Shown in pieces: positions 10,377-19,783 of a stretch of DNA of 52,618 nt (within the stretch, counting starts at the first letter, position 1; every line of letters begins with the position of its first letter). The translations under genes and the position numbers were made by a program. This DNA is from a virus (taxonomy: Duplodnaviria; Caudoviricetes). The notes below the pieces were generated by a model, which was not told where the DNA came from, did not search any database, and saw only the letters and a program-made list of their open reading frames with translations. The stretch spans positions 1-52,618 of IMG/VR virus record IMGVR_UViG_3300005527_000074. One strand, written 5' to 3'.

Positions 10377-11510
10377 ATGAGCACCACATTCAAAATTAAA
10401 CTGCTAAACCCCCGCAGTTCCGACACCAACATTCTTGGGATGGAGCCAACTTGGCAAGTCCAACCCACTGAGTATCGCATCACAGCATTGAGCAAAGCGT
10501 TCACCTGGTACAATTATTTTTACGGCAAAAAAGATGCCCGTGACATGATTGTGAATTATTTGGAAACACATGGTCGAAAGGCCGATGTGCGACTGCTCAA
10601 AGGCATTCCTGACTCGGCCATCCGCTTGACCACAGGCTGGTTGTGCCGCATGACCATGCTGGGCCTGGAGTTGAACGACAGCGAACAGGCTAGATTACAA
10701 AGCCAATTGAGAGAAATACTGGACAGCAAACAAAACACAGTGGAAGAAGCCCCAGAAGAACCAGTGGCGCCCAAGATCACAATTCAAGATCGTCTGCGTG
10801 AAAAAGCCAACGAGTGCGACGGTGAGCTAGAGGGCTTGTTTGACGAGTTCTTGTTGAGTGGTGCCAAGATGACCGCAGACTTCAAGCCTGTGGTGATCAT
10901 GCGTGGATTGAACATAGCGCCACAAATGGTCAGTCAAATTTCTGACAACTGGAAACGCAAACTGTCAGAGTTTGAACGTGTGGTAGAAGGTAAGGATGCA
11001 CAACTGGTTGAGGGCTACAGTCATCTCTCCAAGATTCAAATGCGCAACGTAATCAAGTTCTGCGAAGCTGTGATCAACGACTGCGGTGCTTATGTACAGA
11101 TCAAGAAAGTGGAACGCAAGCCACGCAAGGTCAAAGCAGTGCCACCCGAAAAACGTGCGGCTAAGTTTAAGATTCTGGCAGAATTTGCTGAACTCAAATT
11201 GAAATCATTACCGGCTGCAAGCCTTGTGGACAAGAGCGAAGCTTGGTTGTATGACACTAAAAAACGCAAATTGATTCACTTGGTAGCAGATGAATATGCC
11301 AAGGCCTTCACAGTCAAGAGCAACAGCATCATTGGTTTTTCTACAGCAGAAACCCTGCAAAAAACTGTGCGCAAACCACAGGACGTGGTCAAGGCCATGC
11401 AGGCCGCGGGCAAGCCAGCGGCACGTAAGATGTTTAAAGAGCTTACTACTACAGAAACTGCATGGAATGCTCGAGGTACTGAGAATTTGATTATACTCAA
11501 GTCTTGGTAA
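10377..11510 (+). CDS. Hypothetical protein of T4-like phages (377 aa)
   Basis: AAGGA RBS; long ORF with basic C-terminus (KTVRKP...NARGTENLIILK). Confidence 0.7.
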   Translation: MSTTFKIKLLNPRSSDTNILGMEPTWQVQPTEYRITALSKAFTWYNYFYGKKDARDMIVNYLETHGRKADVRLLKGIPDSAIRLTTGWLCRMTMLGLELNDSEQARLQSQLREILDSKQNTVEEAPEEPVAPKITIQDRLREKANECDGELEGLFDEFLLSGAKMTADFKPVVIMRGLNIAPQMVSQISDNWKRKLSEFERVVEGKDAQLVEGYSHLSKIQMRNVIKFCEAVINDCGAYVQIKKVERKPRKVKAVPPEKRAAKFKILAEFAELKLKSLPAASLVDKSEAWLYDTKKRKLIHLVADEYAKAFTVKSNSIIGFSTAETLQKTVRKPQDVVKAMQAAGKPAARKMFKELTTTETAWNARGTENLIILKSW

Positions 11511-11512
11511 TT

Positions 11513-11520
11513 TATAAATA
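11513..11520 (+). promoter_or_regulatory. Late promoter TATAAATA
   Basis: Exact T4 late consensus, 4 nt before ATG 11525. Confidence 0.75.
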
Positions 11521-11524
11521 GGTA

Positions 11525-12406
11525 ATGCACGTCATTCCCAACAAGGTTGATTTTTATATCACCAATGTTTGTAATTTAACCTGCGATAATTGCAACAGAT
11601 TTAACAACTACAAATTCACTGGATGGCAACGTTGGAGCGACTATGCTGACGTTTACAAACAGTGGAGCAAACAAGTCAAGCTCACTGCTATTACTATAAT
11701 GGGCGGTGAGCCTTTTCTCAATCCCACGCTGGTAGATTGGGTACAAGGACTAAACAAGACATTTAACACTAGTGTTCAAATTCTAACCAATGGCACAAGA
11801 TTCAAACACATGCCTGAATTGTACCCCTTGTTGAAATATGTTGACAGCAACGGAGTGATGAATCACATTGGAGTTAGCTTACACAATCTTGAAGAACTTG
11901 AAACCTTAAAACAAGACATCTGTAATTTTTTACAAGGGCCAGTTAAAGAAACTTCAATAACTGATTCAGACAATTGGGACGGGTGGTCTTTTGTTGATGT
12001 AAATGGTGTAACAGTAAGAGTGTTTATCAAGGATGAGTTTGGTCCTTCAGCCCTTCGCGTAGACTATCGAAAACAATTAACTATACACCGAAGCGATCCC
12101 AATTTGGCGCATCAGGCATGCGGCTTTGTAAAGTGGAAAAGTTATCATTTTGTCAAAGGCAAACTTTACAAATGTGCCCCAGTTGCATTATTACCAGAAT
12201 TTGATAGACAACATCCGTTGCCGTTGTGGCCTGGCGAAAGAGAAATATTAGGTTCGTACAAACCACTGACTGTAGAAAACTACGATGAGTATTCTAAACA
12301 GTTTTGGGAAACACTTGATGATCCGGTGCCGCAGTGCCAATTTTGTCCAGTACATGTGACTGTTCAAAAAATATTTCCAATTAGAAAAAGATCATTCAAT
12401 GATTGA
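11525..12406 (+). CDS. Radical SAM protein with C-terminal Cys (twitch-like) cluster
   Basis: CNLTCDNC (CxxxCxxC), GGEP, TNG; C-terminal GKLYKC...CQFCP. Confidence 0.9.
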   Translation: MHVIPNKVDFYITNVCNLTCDNCNRFNNYKFTGWQRWSDYADVYKQWSKQVKLTAITIMGGEPFLNPTLVDWVQGLNKTFNTSVQILTNGTRFKHMPELYPLLKYVDSNGVMNHIGVSLHNLEELETLKQDICNFLQGPVKETSITDSDNWDGWSFVDVNGVTVRVFIKDEFGPSALRVDYRKQLTIHRSDPNLAHQACGFVKWKSYHFVKGKLYKCAPVALLPEFDRQHPLPLWPGEREILGSYKPLTVENYDEYSKQFWETLDDPVPQCQFCPVHVTVQKIFPIRKRSFND

Positions 12407-13343
12407 TGATGTGTATCAAGGCGAGGCATACATTAAATCTAGTTGCCTTCAGCGTGAGCAAAACGTTGCGGCACTGCTTCAAGACCTAATAGGCAACCTT
12501 GGGTACAAACAAATTGACGACGCTAAAGTTTGTTGGCAAGCTGGCTTGCACAATGCAGTTGTAAGATTAGGAGACGACTTTAACACCTGCTACTCAGTGT
12601 TGACATTAAAAAACTCCAACCAACGGTTTCCAGAAAACACAGTTGTTATAACTGACAACAAAGTTTTATCTACCCCTGACTGTACTGTGTGTAAGTTGCC
12701 TGACAGCTACTGGGGAATTTTTTATTATCAACCCAACGGGGAATTTCTGCCCCAAAAAAATCTTCATCTAAGTATAAACCGTGGAGATTCTCAACGTCAG
12801 GCAATTCTCAAAGAGTTTGTTAATGTTCGTGGAATCACTGAACAAGATTACCTGAACTACAATGCAGGCAGTACCAGTGACAGTCCAATTTTAAATCGCA
12901 TGGTAAGTTTTGAAACAGCAAATTTGCAGAGTTGGGTTAATCTTGTAGTTGAAACCTATGCTGGTGACGACACCATAACGTTTAGTGAAAAAACTTTTAG
13001 AGCATTGCAAACGCCAGCCCCTTGGATGTTGTATGCTTGCAGAACTACAATCAGTTACTTGAAATCGTTGGGGTTTGATGTACTAGATGATGTAATAGAT
13101 CATGGATATGAAAATACCTATCAAACAGGAGTCAACGGGGCTGATAAAATTCAAGACTGGCTAAAATATGCAGTTCAAAATTTAAGACACGCTAGATCAT
13201 ATCCCAATTTGGCTGTTCGATGCCAGCAAGCTGCCATACACAATCAACAATTACTTGCAGCCTGGCAAAAACGCTGGCCCTTGGATTTTTCTACCTGGCT
13301 GCCCTCTGCGATCAATGCGCTAAATATGCAACTACAGGATTAA
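12399..13343 (+). CDS. Putative glycosyltransferase with GT10-like C-terminus
   Basis: VVET...FSEKTFRAL..P...LKSLGF resembles the donor-binding motif of fucosyltransferase-like GT-B proteins. Confidence 0.45.
   Translation: MIDDVYQGEAYIKSSCLQREQNVAALLQDLIGNLGYKQIDDAKVCWQAGLHNAVVRLGDDFNTCYSVLTLKNSNQRFPENTVVITDNKVLSTPDCTVCKLPDSYWGIFYYQPNGEFLPQKNLHLSINRGDSQRQAILKEFVNVRGITEQDYLNYNAGSTSDSPILNRMVSFETANLQSWVNLVVETYAGDDTITFSEKTFRALQTPAPWMLYACRTTISYLKSLGFDVLDDVIDHGYENTYQTGVNGADKIQDWLKYAVQNLRHARSYPNLAVRCQQAAIHNQQLLAAWQKRWPLDFSTWLPSAINALNMQLQD
13321..13326 (+). promoter_or_regulatory. Late-type promoter TAAATA for gp13
   Basis: TAAATA 20 nt upstream of the ATG, with an AGGA RBS between. Confidence 0.55.
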
Positions 13344-13346
13344 ATC

Positions 13347-14114
13347 ATGGCAGAACAGCAAGACACATTATCTCAACTCAAGCAAAATCTCAATGAGTAT
13401 GTACAACTTCAGCTGGGTGCACAGATCATTGATCTGGAACTTGATCCCGAGCACTACGAAGCCGCGTATCAAAAAACCATTGGCACCTATCGTCAACGTG
13501 CCAATAATGCCTATGAGGAAAGTTACAGCTTCTTTTACTTGGTCAAAGACGAAAACGTTTACACACTGCCTCAAGAAGTCATCAGTGTGCGACAGTGTTT
13601 TCGTAGAACGTTTGGTGATGCCACAGGCCCATACGCAAGTAATTTTGATCCGTTCAGCCAGGCCAGCTTGAATGTTTATTTGATGAACTTCAACGTGTCT
13701 GGTGGCCTGGCCACTTACGACTTTTATTCACAGTATGTAGAACTGGCTGCTAGAATGTTTGGTGGGTACATGAACTACACCTACAATCCTGTCACAAAGA
13801 AGTTGCAGTTGATTCGTGATCCCAAAAACACCGGAGAAGCTGTGTTGCTATGGACTTACAACTTGAAACCAGAAATCAACTTGCTCAGCGATTTCCAAAT
13901 CCAACAATGGATCAAGGACTACATGGTAGCCAACTGCAAGATGATCATTGGTGAAGCACGTGAGAAGTTTGGGCAAATTGCAGGCCCACAAGGCGGCGGT
14001 ACCCTAAATGGCACTGCCATGAAAGCCGAAGCCAAAGAAGCCATGGCTGATCTCATTGGTCAATTGGTAAACTATGTGGATGCCAGCCAGCCATTAACTT
14101 GGGTAATTGGTTAA
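13347..14114 (+). CDS. gp13: Neck protein gp13-like
   Basis: QLGAQIIDLEL, WIKDY..A..K..IG..R.KF..I.GP.GG.TLNG motifs. Confidence 0.85.
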   Translation: MAEQQDTLSQLKQNLNEYVQLQLGAQIIDLELDPEHYEAAYQKTIGTYRQRANNAYEESYSFFYLVKDENVYTLPQEVISVRQCFRRTFGDATGPYASNFDPFSQASLNVYLMNFNVSGGLATYDFYSQYVELAARMFGGYMNYTYNPVTKKLQLIRDPKNTGEAVLLWTYNLKPEINLLSDFQIQQWIKDYMVANCKMIIGEAREKFGQIAGPQGGGTLNGTAMKAEAKEAMADLIGQLVNYVDASQPLTWVIG

Positions 14115-14143
14115 TTGACAACGTCACAGTGACCTGCTATAAT
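14115..14143 (+). promoter_or_regulatory. Early sigma70-type promoter
   Basis: TTGACA-N17-TATAAT with TGC; ATG 5 nt downstream. Confidence 0.85.
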
Positions 14144-14148
14144 ACAGC

Positions 14149-14670
14149 ATGGACTTGATGATTGACATGGAAGGCCTTGCTACAGGCCCTGAAACTTGTA
14201 TTCTCACTATTGCCGCACAAGGTTTTGATCCTCTTGGCGATGGCTACTACCCTGACAAGTTTTACTATGCCAGGGTTGATCTTGAAAGCCAACCCAATCG
14301 TAAAATTGAACAAGGCACCATAGAGTGGTGGGCCACACAAAAAGAAGCACAAGCAGAAGCCTTTGCTGAAGAAGGTCGTATACCTTTGGACGAGGCACTG
14401 GACGGATTAGGTAAACTGATTTGGCACTCCAAGCGTATCTGGGCCCAAGGTCCCACGTACGACATGACCATCTTGGAGCATGCTTACAAAAGCTACAACA
14501 AACCCATTCCCTGGCAGTACTACTCAGTGCGGGACAGTCGCACAGTGTTTGGGTTGTGGCCAGGCTTAGAAAAGCCCCCTACAAGCCATCATGCATTAGA
14601 AGATTGCCGCAGACAAATTGGCCTGTTGCAAGACACACTTAAATACTTCAAAATAAAGGAACTGGCATGA
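14149..14670 (+). CDS. DEDDh 3'-5' exonuclease (DexA-like)
   Basis: MIDME, WAQGPTYD, RDSRT and HHALEDC motifs. Confidence 0.85.
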   Translation: MDLMIDMEGLATGPETCILTIAAQGFDPLGDGYYPDKFYYARVDLESQPNRKIEQGTIEWWATQKEAQAEAFAEEGRIPLDEALDGLGKLIWHSKRIWAQGPTYDMTILEHAYKSYNKPIPWQYYSVRDSRTVFGLWPGLEKPPTSHHALEDCRRQIGLLQDTLKYFKIKELA

Positions 14671-15323
14671 TCATTGGCATCTGTGGATTCATTGGCTCGG
14701 GCAAGGACACCATTGCAGATTACCTAGTTAATTTGCATCACTTTCGTAGAGAAAGTTTTGCCAACAGCCTTAAAGATGCTGTAGCACAGGTGTTTGGGTG
14801 GGACAGAACCATGCTGGAAGGCCGCACCAAACAGGCCCGCGAGTGGCGTGAAGTACGTGATGAGTGGTGGAGCAATCGATTGGGCTTAAATATTACCCCG
14901 CGTTGGGTGCTACAGCAGTGGGGCACAGAAGTATGTCGTCGTGGGTTTCATGATGACATCTGGATTGCTGCACTAGAAAACAAGTTACGCAACAGTCAAG
15001 ATGATGTGGTGATCAGTGACTGCCGCTTCCCCAATGAAATTACTGCCATTAGAGCAGCCGGGGGCAAAGTCATTAGGGTAGTGCGTGGGCCTGAACCTGA
15101 TTGGTATCAAGATGCTGTGAATGTCAACGAAGGTCGGGGTAACATGAGTTGGATGATCAGTCGTGAGCGACTAAAAACTCTAAAAATTCATGCATCAGAA
15201 ACTGCTTGGGTAGGCACAAAATTTGATTTAGTATTAGACAACAATGGTACGCTGGATCACCTATACCAACAAGTCAAGCAGTTGGCTACTGGTCAGGCTC
15301 AAGATCACCCGGCAGCCAAGTAG
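14667..15323 (+). CDS. gp1: Deoxynucleoside monophosphate kinase (T4 gp1-like)
   Basis: GICGFIGSGKDT P-loop, FANSLKD, PRWVLQQWGTE, ISDCRFPNE, HASE. Confidence 0.9.
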   Translation: MIIGICGFIGSGKDTIADYLVNLHHFRRESFANSLKDAVAQVFGWDRTMLEGRTKQAREWREVRDEWWSNRLGLNITPRWVLQQWGTEVCRRGFHDDIWIAALENKLRNSQDDVVISDCRFPNEITAIRAAGGKVIRVVRGPEPDWYQDAVNVNEGRGNMSWMISRERLKTLKIHASETAWVGTKFDLVLDNNGTLDHLYQQVKQLATGQAQDHPAAK

Positions 15324-15633
15324 AGTCATATCTGTGTAGGTCAGCTACACAATTCAAACACACTGTTTTTAAGTTCCTTAACTCACAGTTGTCAAGATTA
15401 CCGTCTACATGAAACACCAATAACTGACTGTGGTGTCTTGCTTTAAACCCACATCGATCACATGTGGGTTTTTTCTTGTAGCCTGCTGCTTCCCATCTTG
15501 GCACACGCCGTTTGATTCCTTTGCCCTTGCGTAAACATGTTTCGCATCTTGATCGGTAATGCACACGATCTTCTTTGATATAATTAATAGCACACAGACG
15601 TTGGTTGCAGGCTTGACATACTGGTCTTTTCAT
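15286..15633 (-). CDS. Zn-finger HNH endonuclease-like protein
   Basis: Four CxxC pairs and HVDGNLDNCELRNLKTVCLNC; ATG 15633 follows a late promoter. Confidence 0.7.
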   Translation of the reverse strand: MKRPVCQACNQRLCAINYIKEDRVHYRSRCETCLRKGKGIKRRVPRWEAAGYKKKPTCDRCGFKARHHSQLLVFHVDGNLDNCELRNLKTVCLNCVADLHRYDSTWLPGDLEPDQ

Positions 15634-15637
15634 GCTG

Positions 15638-15645
15638 TATTTATA
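15638..15645 (-). promoter_or_regulatory. Late promoter TATAAATA for the HNH gene
   Basis: Minus strand reads tataaatacagcATG. Confidence 0.7.
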
Positions 15646-15696
15646 GTGGACCTTTGCCAAAGGGCGTCGTAAAGCACTGTTTTTGCCGGTTGCCAA

Positions 15697-15702
15697 TAAA
15701 TA
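15697..15702 (+). promoter_or_regulatory. Late-type promoter for the tail sheath gene
   Basis: aaTAAATAtt followed by an AAGGA RBS. Confidence 0.65.
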
Positions 15703-15726
15703 TTAGAACTTGAAAAGGACCCCACT

Positions 15727-18700
15727 ATGGCTCTAGTATCTCCAGGCGTAGAAGTAACAGTAATTGACGAGAGTCAATACATTCCTTCAGCTGTTAACAC
15801 AGTCCCGTATTTTGTAATTGCCACTGCTCAGAACAAAGTTTCTGGCGACGGTATTACTGTTGCTGCCGGCACCACCGCAGCCAACGCCAACAAAACATAT
15901 CTAATCACCAGTCAACGAGACTTGGTTGCCACATTTGGCGTACCATTCTTTTACAACACCACAACTGGTACACCAATCAATGGTTACGAGCTTAACGAAT
16001 ACGGTTTGTTGGCTGCATACTCAGCATTGGGTGTTACAAATCGTTGCTATGTTCAACGTGCTGACATTGATTTGACCGAACTCACCGCCAGTTTGAGTCG
16101 TCCTACTGGTGCTCCAGACGACGGCGCATATTGGATAGACACTAGTGTTTCTCAATGGGGACTGCAAGAGTGGAATCAAACTACCGGAACTTTCACTGTT
16201 AAAACACCATTGGTATTGACCAGTGCTGACGACATGACTGATTGGGACGGTGGTGATTTTACTCCAATACCAAGTCTTGGTAACATCGGCGATTATGCCA
16301 TTACTATTCCCCCATACAATCCAGCTTCTTTAACACCTGATGATTACACTCACATCAATGGTTACTATAAAAATAGTGGAAACATTTGGGTATTGTTGGG
16401 CGACGAACCCTGGCAACAATCTTGGCCCACTATTACCGGTACCAATGCACCGTCTACCGCTAGCTTGAATGCTATTGCTGGTGCTCAAATGACCATTAAT
16501 GATTCGGTTGTTACATTGCCTGCAGGTGGTGTATCAGCATTGGCATCAGCCATTAATGCTGCGGCCATTACTGGTATTACCGCAGCTGCCGTAGGCGGCA
16601 AACTGACAATCTATGCTGACCGTAATGCTACAAATGACGGTTCCTCACTGACTTACCCCATGGGCGTGGCCAGCATTGAGCCTTCTGGTGCACAAGGCGG
16701 CGCATTGTTTACTGCATTGGGATTGACATCTGGTGAATATTCAGCACCACTATTTTTATCTGCTTACAGTTATCAAGTTCCAAACTGGCGCACAACTGGA
16801 CCAAATGGCGGTTCCCCAACTGGCTCTGTATGGAATAACGAAAGCGCCGCCAACAATGGTGTTAATATTGTGGTTAAGCGATACAGTGCTACATTGGCTG
16901 ATTGGATCACACAAGATTGTCCAGTTTTTGCAAACGATGCTACAGCAAACTATATCCTTGATCCCAGTGGTGGTGGTAAAAATATTCCTGAAGGCACAAT
17001 CATTGCCCAATCCAGTGCACAATTTTACTTAACTACTCCAGTTGATAACTTCAGTTATGTAATTTTGCAACGTGCAGCTTTTGGTGCCACCATAGTTACA
17101 GGCACTGAACAAAGTCCAACGTTTACTAGTGGCAACTCATTTAGCATTTTTGCATCTGAACCTGGGTCAACCACACTCAGCGGCACATCTGGTAATGCAG
17201 TATTAGCCGGTACAACTCCAGCTGCCTTCTGCGCAGCAGTTAGTGCAGCCAATGTGCCATATGTTTCAGCATCAGTCAACAGTGCTGGTAACATTGTGAT
17301 CACACACAGTCAAGGCGGCAGTATTCTCTTGCAGAACGTTTTGGGAACACCAGTGACCTCAGCTGGCTTCACAGATGCAACACCTTTCTGCAGACCACCC
17401 AGCGGCACTACAAATGGTATTGTTCTCAGTAACTGGGTAACACAACCTGACTTTGAATACACTGCCAGCGACACAGCACCAGATCAAGATCCTGCTGATG
17501 GCCGTTTGTGGTATTACAGTTCAGTAGACGACTGTGACATCATGATCAATACTAGTTCTGGTTGGAGAGGTTACCAAAACGTCACCAATGATGTACGAGG
17601 ATTTGATCTAAGTCTCACCAACGCCAGCGGACCTATCGTGGCACCCACAGCGCCTGCCAGTCAAAACAACTCAGCTCAAAGCGCATTGGTATATGGTGAT
17701 TTGTGGATTGACTCAAGTGATTTAGAAAACTATCCTGTAATATATCGTTGGGAATCAGTTGATAACACAGATCAGTGGGTGTTGGTAGACACTACTGACC
17801 AAGTTACAGAAAATGGTGTGTTGTTTGCTGACGCACGTTGGGCTCCTAACGGAACAACTGACCCCATTGCTGATCCAATCCCAACCATTGTGAGCTTGTT
17901 GACTTCTAACTATTTGGATCTTGACGCTCCTGACTACACATTGTATCCACAAGGTATGCTGTTGTGGAATACTCGTCGCAATGGCTACAATGTCAAGAGT
18001 TTCCAAGTCAATTACTTTAACTCAACAACTTTCCCCGATGACACATTGCCCAGCGTCAAGAACACATGGCTCACTGCCAGTGGCAACAAAGACAATGGTA
18101 GCATGTACTCAGGCCGTCAAGCTCAGCGCAAGATGGTGGTAGCAGCCATGAAGAGTGGCATTGATACCAGCATTGCAGCTCGCGAAGAGCAAAATGGCTT
18201 TAACTTGGTTTCAACTCCTGCTTACCCAGAGTTGATTCCCAACATGATTGCTCTCAGCAATGAGCGTGGTAACACCTTGTTTGTAATTGGTGATACACCA
18301 ATGCGTCTTGGTGCTGACGGCAACAGCTTGGTTGAGTGGGCTACAAACAACAATGGTCTTGGTACAGCAACAGAAGATGGTCAAGTGGCAACCAGCAACT
18401 ACGCTGCAACATTCTATCCCAGCTGCCAGACTTCAGACCTCAGTGGCAACACAGTGGTAGCTCCTCCAAGTCACATGATGGTGCGCACAATCCTGCGCAG
18501 TGATGCAGTGAGTTATCCATGGTTGGCACCTGCTGGCACACGTCGCGGTGTAGTAGACAACGCTATAGCTATTGGATACATTGATTCTGCAACTGGTGAA
18601 TTCCAGTCATTGAGCGTGGGCCAAGCTGTGCGTGACATCTTGTACGAGCGTAATGTAAACCCAATTACCTTTATTCCGGGTGTGGGTATTACCAACTTTG

Positions 18701-19062
18701 GTAACAAAACATCGACCACAACTACCACAGCACTGGATCGTATCAACGTTGCACGCTTGGTTGCATTCTTGCGTGGCAGACTAGAAGAAATTGGTAAATT
18801 GTTCTTGTTTGAACCCAATGATCAAATCACACGTAATGAAATCACCAACACTGTTGACAGTTTGATGATTGACTTGATTGCTAAACGAGCAATCTATGAC
18901 TACTTGGTTGTTTGCGATTTGAGCAATAACACACCAGCACGTATTGATCGCAACGAGCTTTGGGTTGACATTGCTATTGAGCCAGTGAAAGCTGTGGAGT
19001 TTATCTACATTCCATTGCGTATTAAGAATACTGGTGAAATCTCTGGCGGAGCAGCCGGCTAA
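15727..19062 (+). CDS. gp18: Tail sheath protein
   Basis: LVSPGVEVTVIDES N-terminus; WLAPAGTRRG, NPI, ALDRINVARL, FEPND, NNTPARIDRNEL, EPVKAVEFIYI. Confidence 0.95.
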   Translation: MALVSPGVEVTVIDESQYIPSAVNTVPYFVIATAQNKVSGDGITVAAGTTAANANKTYLITSQRDLVATFGVPFFYNTTTGTPINGYELNEYGLLAAYSALGVTNRCYVQRADIDLTELTASLSRPTGAPDDGAYWIDTSVSQWGLQEWNQTTGTFTVKTPLVLTSADDMTDWDGGDFTPIPSLGNIGDYAITIPPYNPASLTPDDYTHINGYYKNSGNIWVLLGDEPWQQSWPTITGTNAPSTASLNAIAGAQMTINDSVVTLPAGGVSALASAINAAAITGITAAAVGGKLTIYADRNATNDGSSLTYPMGVASIEPSGAQGGALFTALGLTSGEYSAPLFLSAYSYQVPNWRTTGPNGGSPTGSVWNNESAANNGVNIVVKRYSATLADWITQDCPVFANDATANYILDPSGGGKNIPEGTIIAQSSAQFYLTTPVDNFSYVILQRAAFGATIVTGTEQSPTFTSGNSFSIFASEPGSTTLSGTSGNAVLAGTTPAAFCAAVSAANVPYVSASVNSAGNIVITHSQGGSILLQNVLGTPVTSAGFTDATPFCRPPSGTTNGIVLSNWVTQPDFEYTASDTAPDQDPADGRLWYYSSVDDCDIMINTSSGWRGYQNVTNDVRGFDLSLTNASGPIVAPTAPASQNNSAQSALVYGDLWIDSSDLENYPVIYRWESVDNTDQWVLVDTTDQVTENGVLFADARWAPNGTTDPIADPIPTIVSLLTSNYLDLDAPDYTLYPQGMLLWNTRRNGYNVKSFQVNYFNSTTFPDDTLPSVKNTWLTASGNKDNGSMYSGRQAQRKMVVAAMKSGIDTSIAAREEQNGFNLVSTPAYPELIPNMIALSNERGNTLFVIGDTPMRLGADGNSLVEWATNNNGLGTATEDGQVATSNYAATFYPSCQTSDLSGNTVVAPPSHMMVRTILRSDAVSYPWLAPAGTRRGVVDNAIAIGYIDSATGEFQSLSVGQAVRDILYERNVNPITFIPGVGITNFGNKTSTTTTTALDRINVARLVAFLRGRLEEIGKLFLFEPNDQITRNEITNTVDSLMIDLIAKRAIYDYLVVCDLSNNTPARIDRNELWVDIAIEPVKAVEFIYIPLRIKNTGEISGGAAG

Positions 19063-19092
19063 AAAAGGGTGGCTCAACCGGGCCATCTTTTT
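19063..19092 (+). terminator. Intrinsic terminator after gp18, possibly bidirectional
   Basis: aaaagggtggctc-aacc-gggccatcttttt hairpin with G-U pairs, flanked by A and T runs. Confidence 0.8.
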
Positions 19093-19095
19093 AGG

Positions 19096-19101
19096 TAAAT
19101 A
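19096..19101 (+). promoter_or_regulatory. Late-type promoter for the tail tube gene
   Basis: gTAAATAaac followed by an AGGAGA RBS. Confidence 0.7.
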
Positions 19102-19120
19102 AACATATAGGAGATAACAA

Positions 19121-19771
19121 ATGGCAAGTGCATCACTAAACAAAATGACAGTACCCTTGGCGAGCGACCAGAGCGCGACCTCGCAAGGCCTGTTGATGCC
19201 CAAACTCAAATATCGCTTTAGAGTGATGTTTGAAAACTTGGGAATTTCAAAGCCCACTACAGAAATGACCAAGCAGGTAATCAGTTTTACTCGACCCAAC
19301 TTGAGTTTTGAAGAAATTTCTGTGCCTGTGTACAACAGCACAGTGAAACTGGCTGGCAAGCCCACATGGGCAGATGCCACCTGTGAAATTCGCGATGATG
19401 CCAGCGGCAAAGTTGCTAGTTTGGTTGGCGAACAGTTGCAAAAGCAAATGGACTTTTTGGAAATGGCTTCAGCTGCTTCTGGTATTGACTACAAGTTCTT
19501 GACCAAAGTTGAAGTACTTGACGGCGGCAACGGCGCAGTGGCCCCTATAGTTTTGGAGACCTGGGAACTGTATGGATGCTACCTCAAGAGTGCTGATTAC
19601 GGCGCATTGAACTATGGTGAAAGTGCACCAGTCACAATTAACTTGACCATTGCTTATGACAATGCAAGCCAAGTTCCAAGTGCTACTGGACAAGCTACTG
19701 GCGTGGGCATTGCTATTGCCAACGCTTTGAGAACTGCTTCAGGTACTGTGACCGGCGCTGGCCAAAGCTAA
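19121..19771 (+). CDS. gp19: Tail tube protein
   Basis: Follows the sheath gene; PKLKYRFRV, KLAGKPTW, WELYGC, LTIAYD. Confidence 0.85.
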   Translation: MASASLNKMTVPLASDQSATSQGLLMPKLKYRFRVMFENLGISKPTTEMTKQVISFTRPNLSFEEISVPVYNSTVKLAGKPTWADATCEIRDDASGKVASLVGEQLQKQMDFLEMASAASGIDYKFLTKVEVLDGGNGAVAPIVLETWELYGCYLKSADYGALNYGESAPVTINLTIAYDNASQVPSATGQATGVGIAIANALRTASGTVTGAGQS

Positions 19772-19783
19772 TAAGGATAACTT

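Noticed and set aside
10442-10450. Another GGAGCCAAC match to the candidate RNA seed
   Set aside because: It lies inside coding sequence (M-E-P-T codons) about 65 nt into the gene rather than at a start, so it is not counted as an RBS target. It also shows that chance matches occur.
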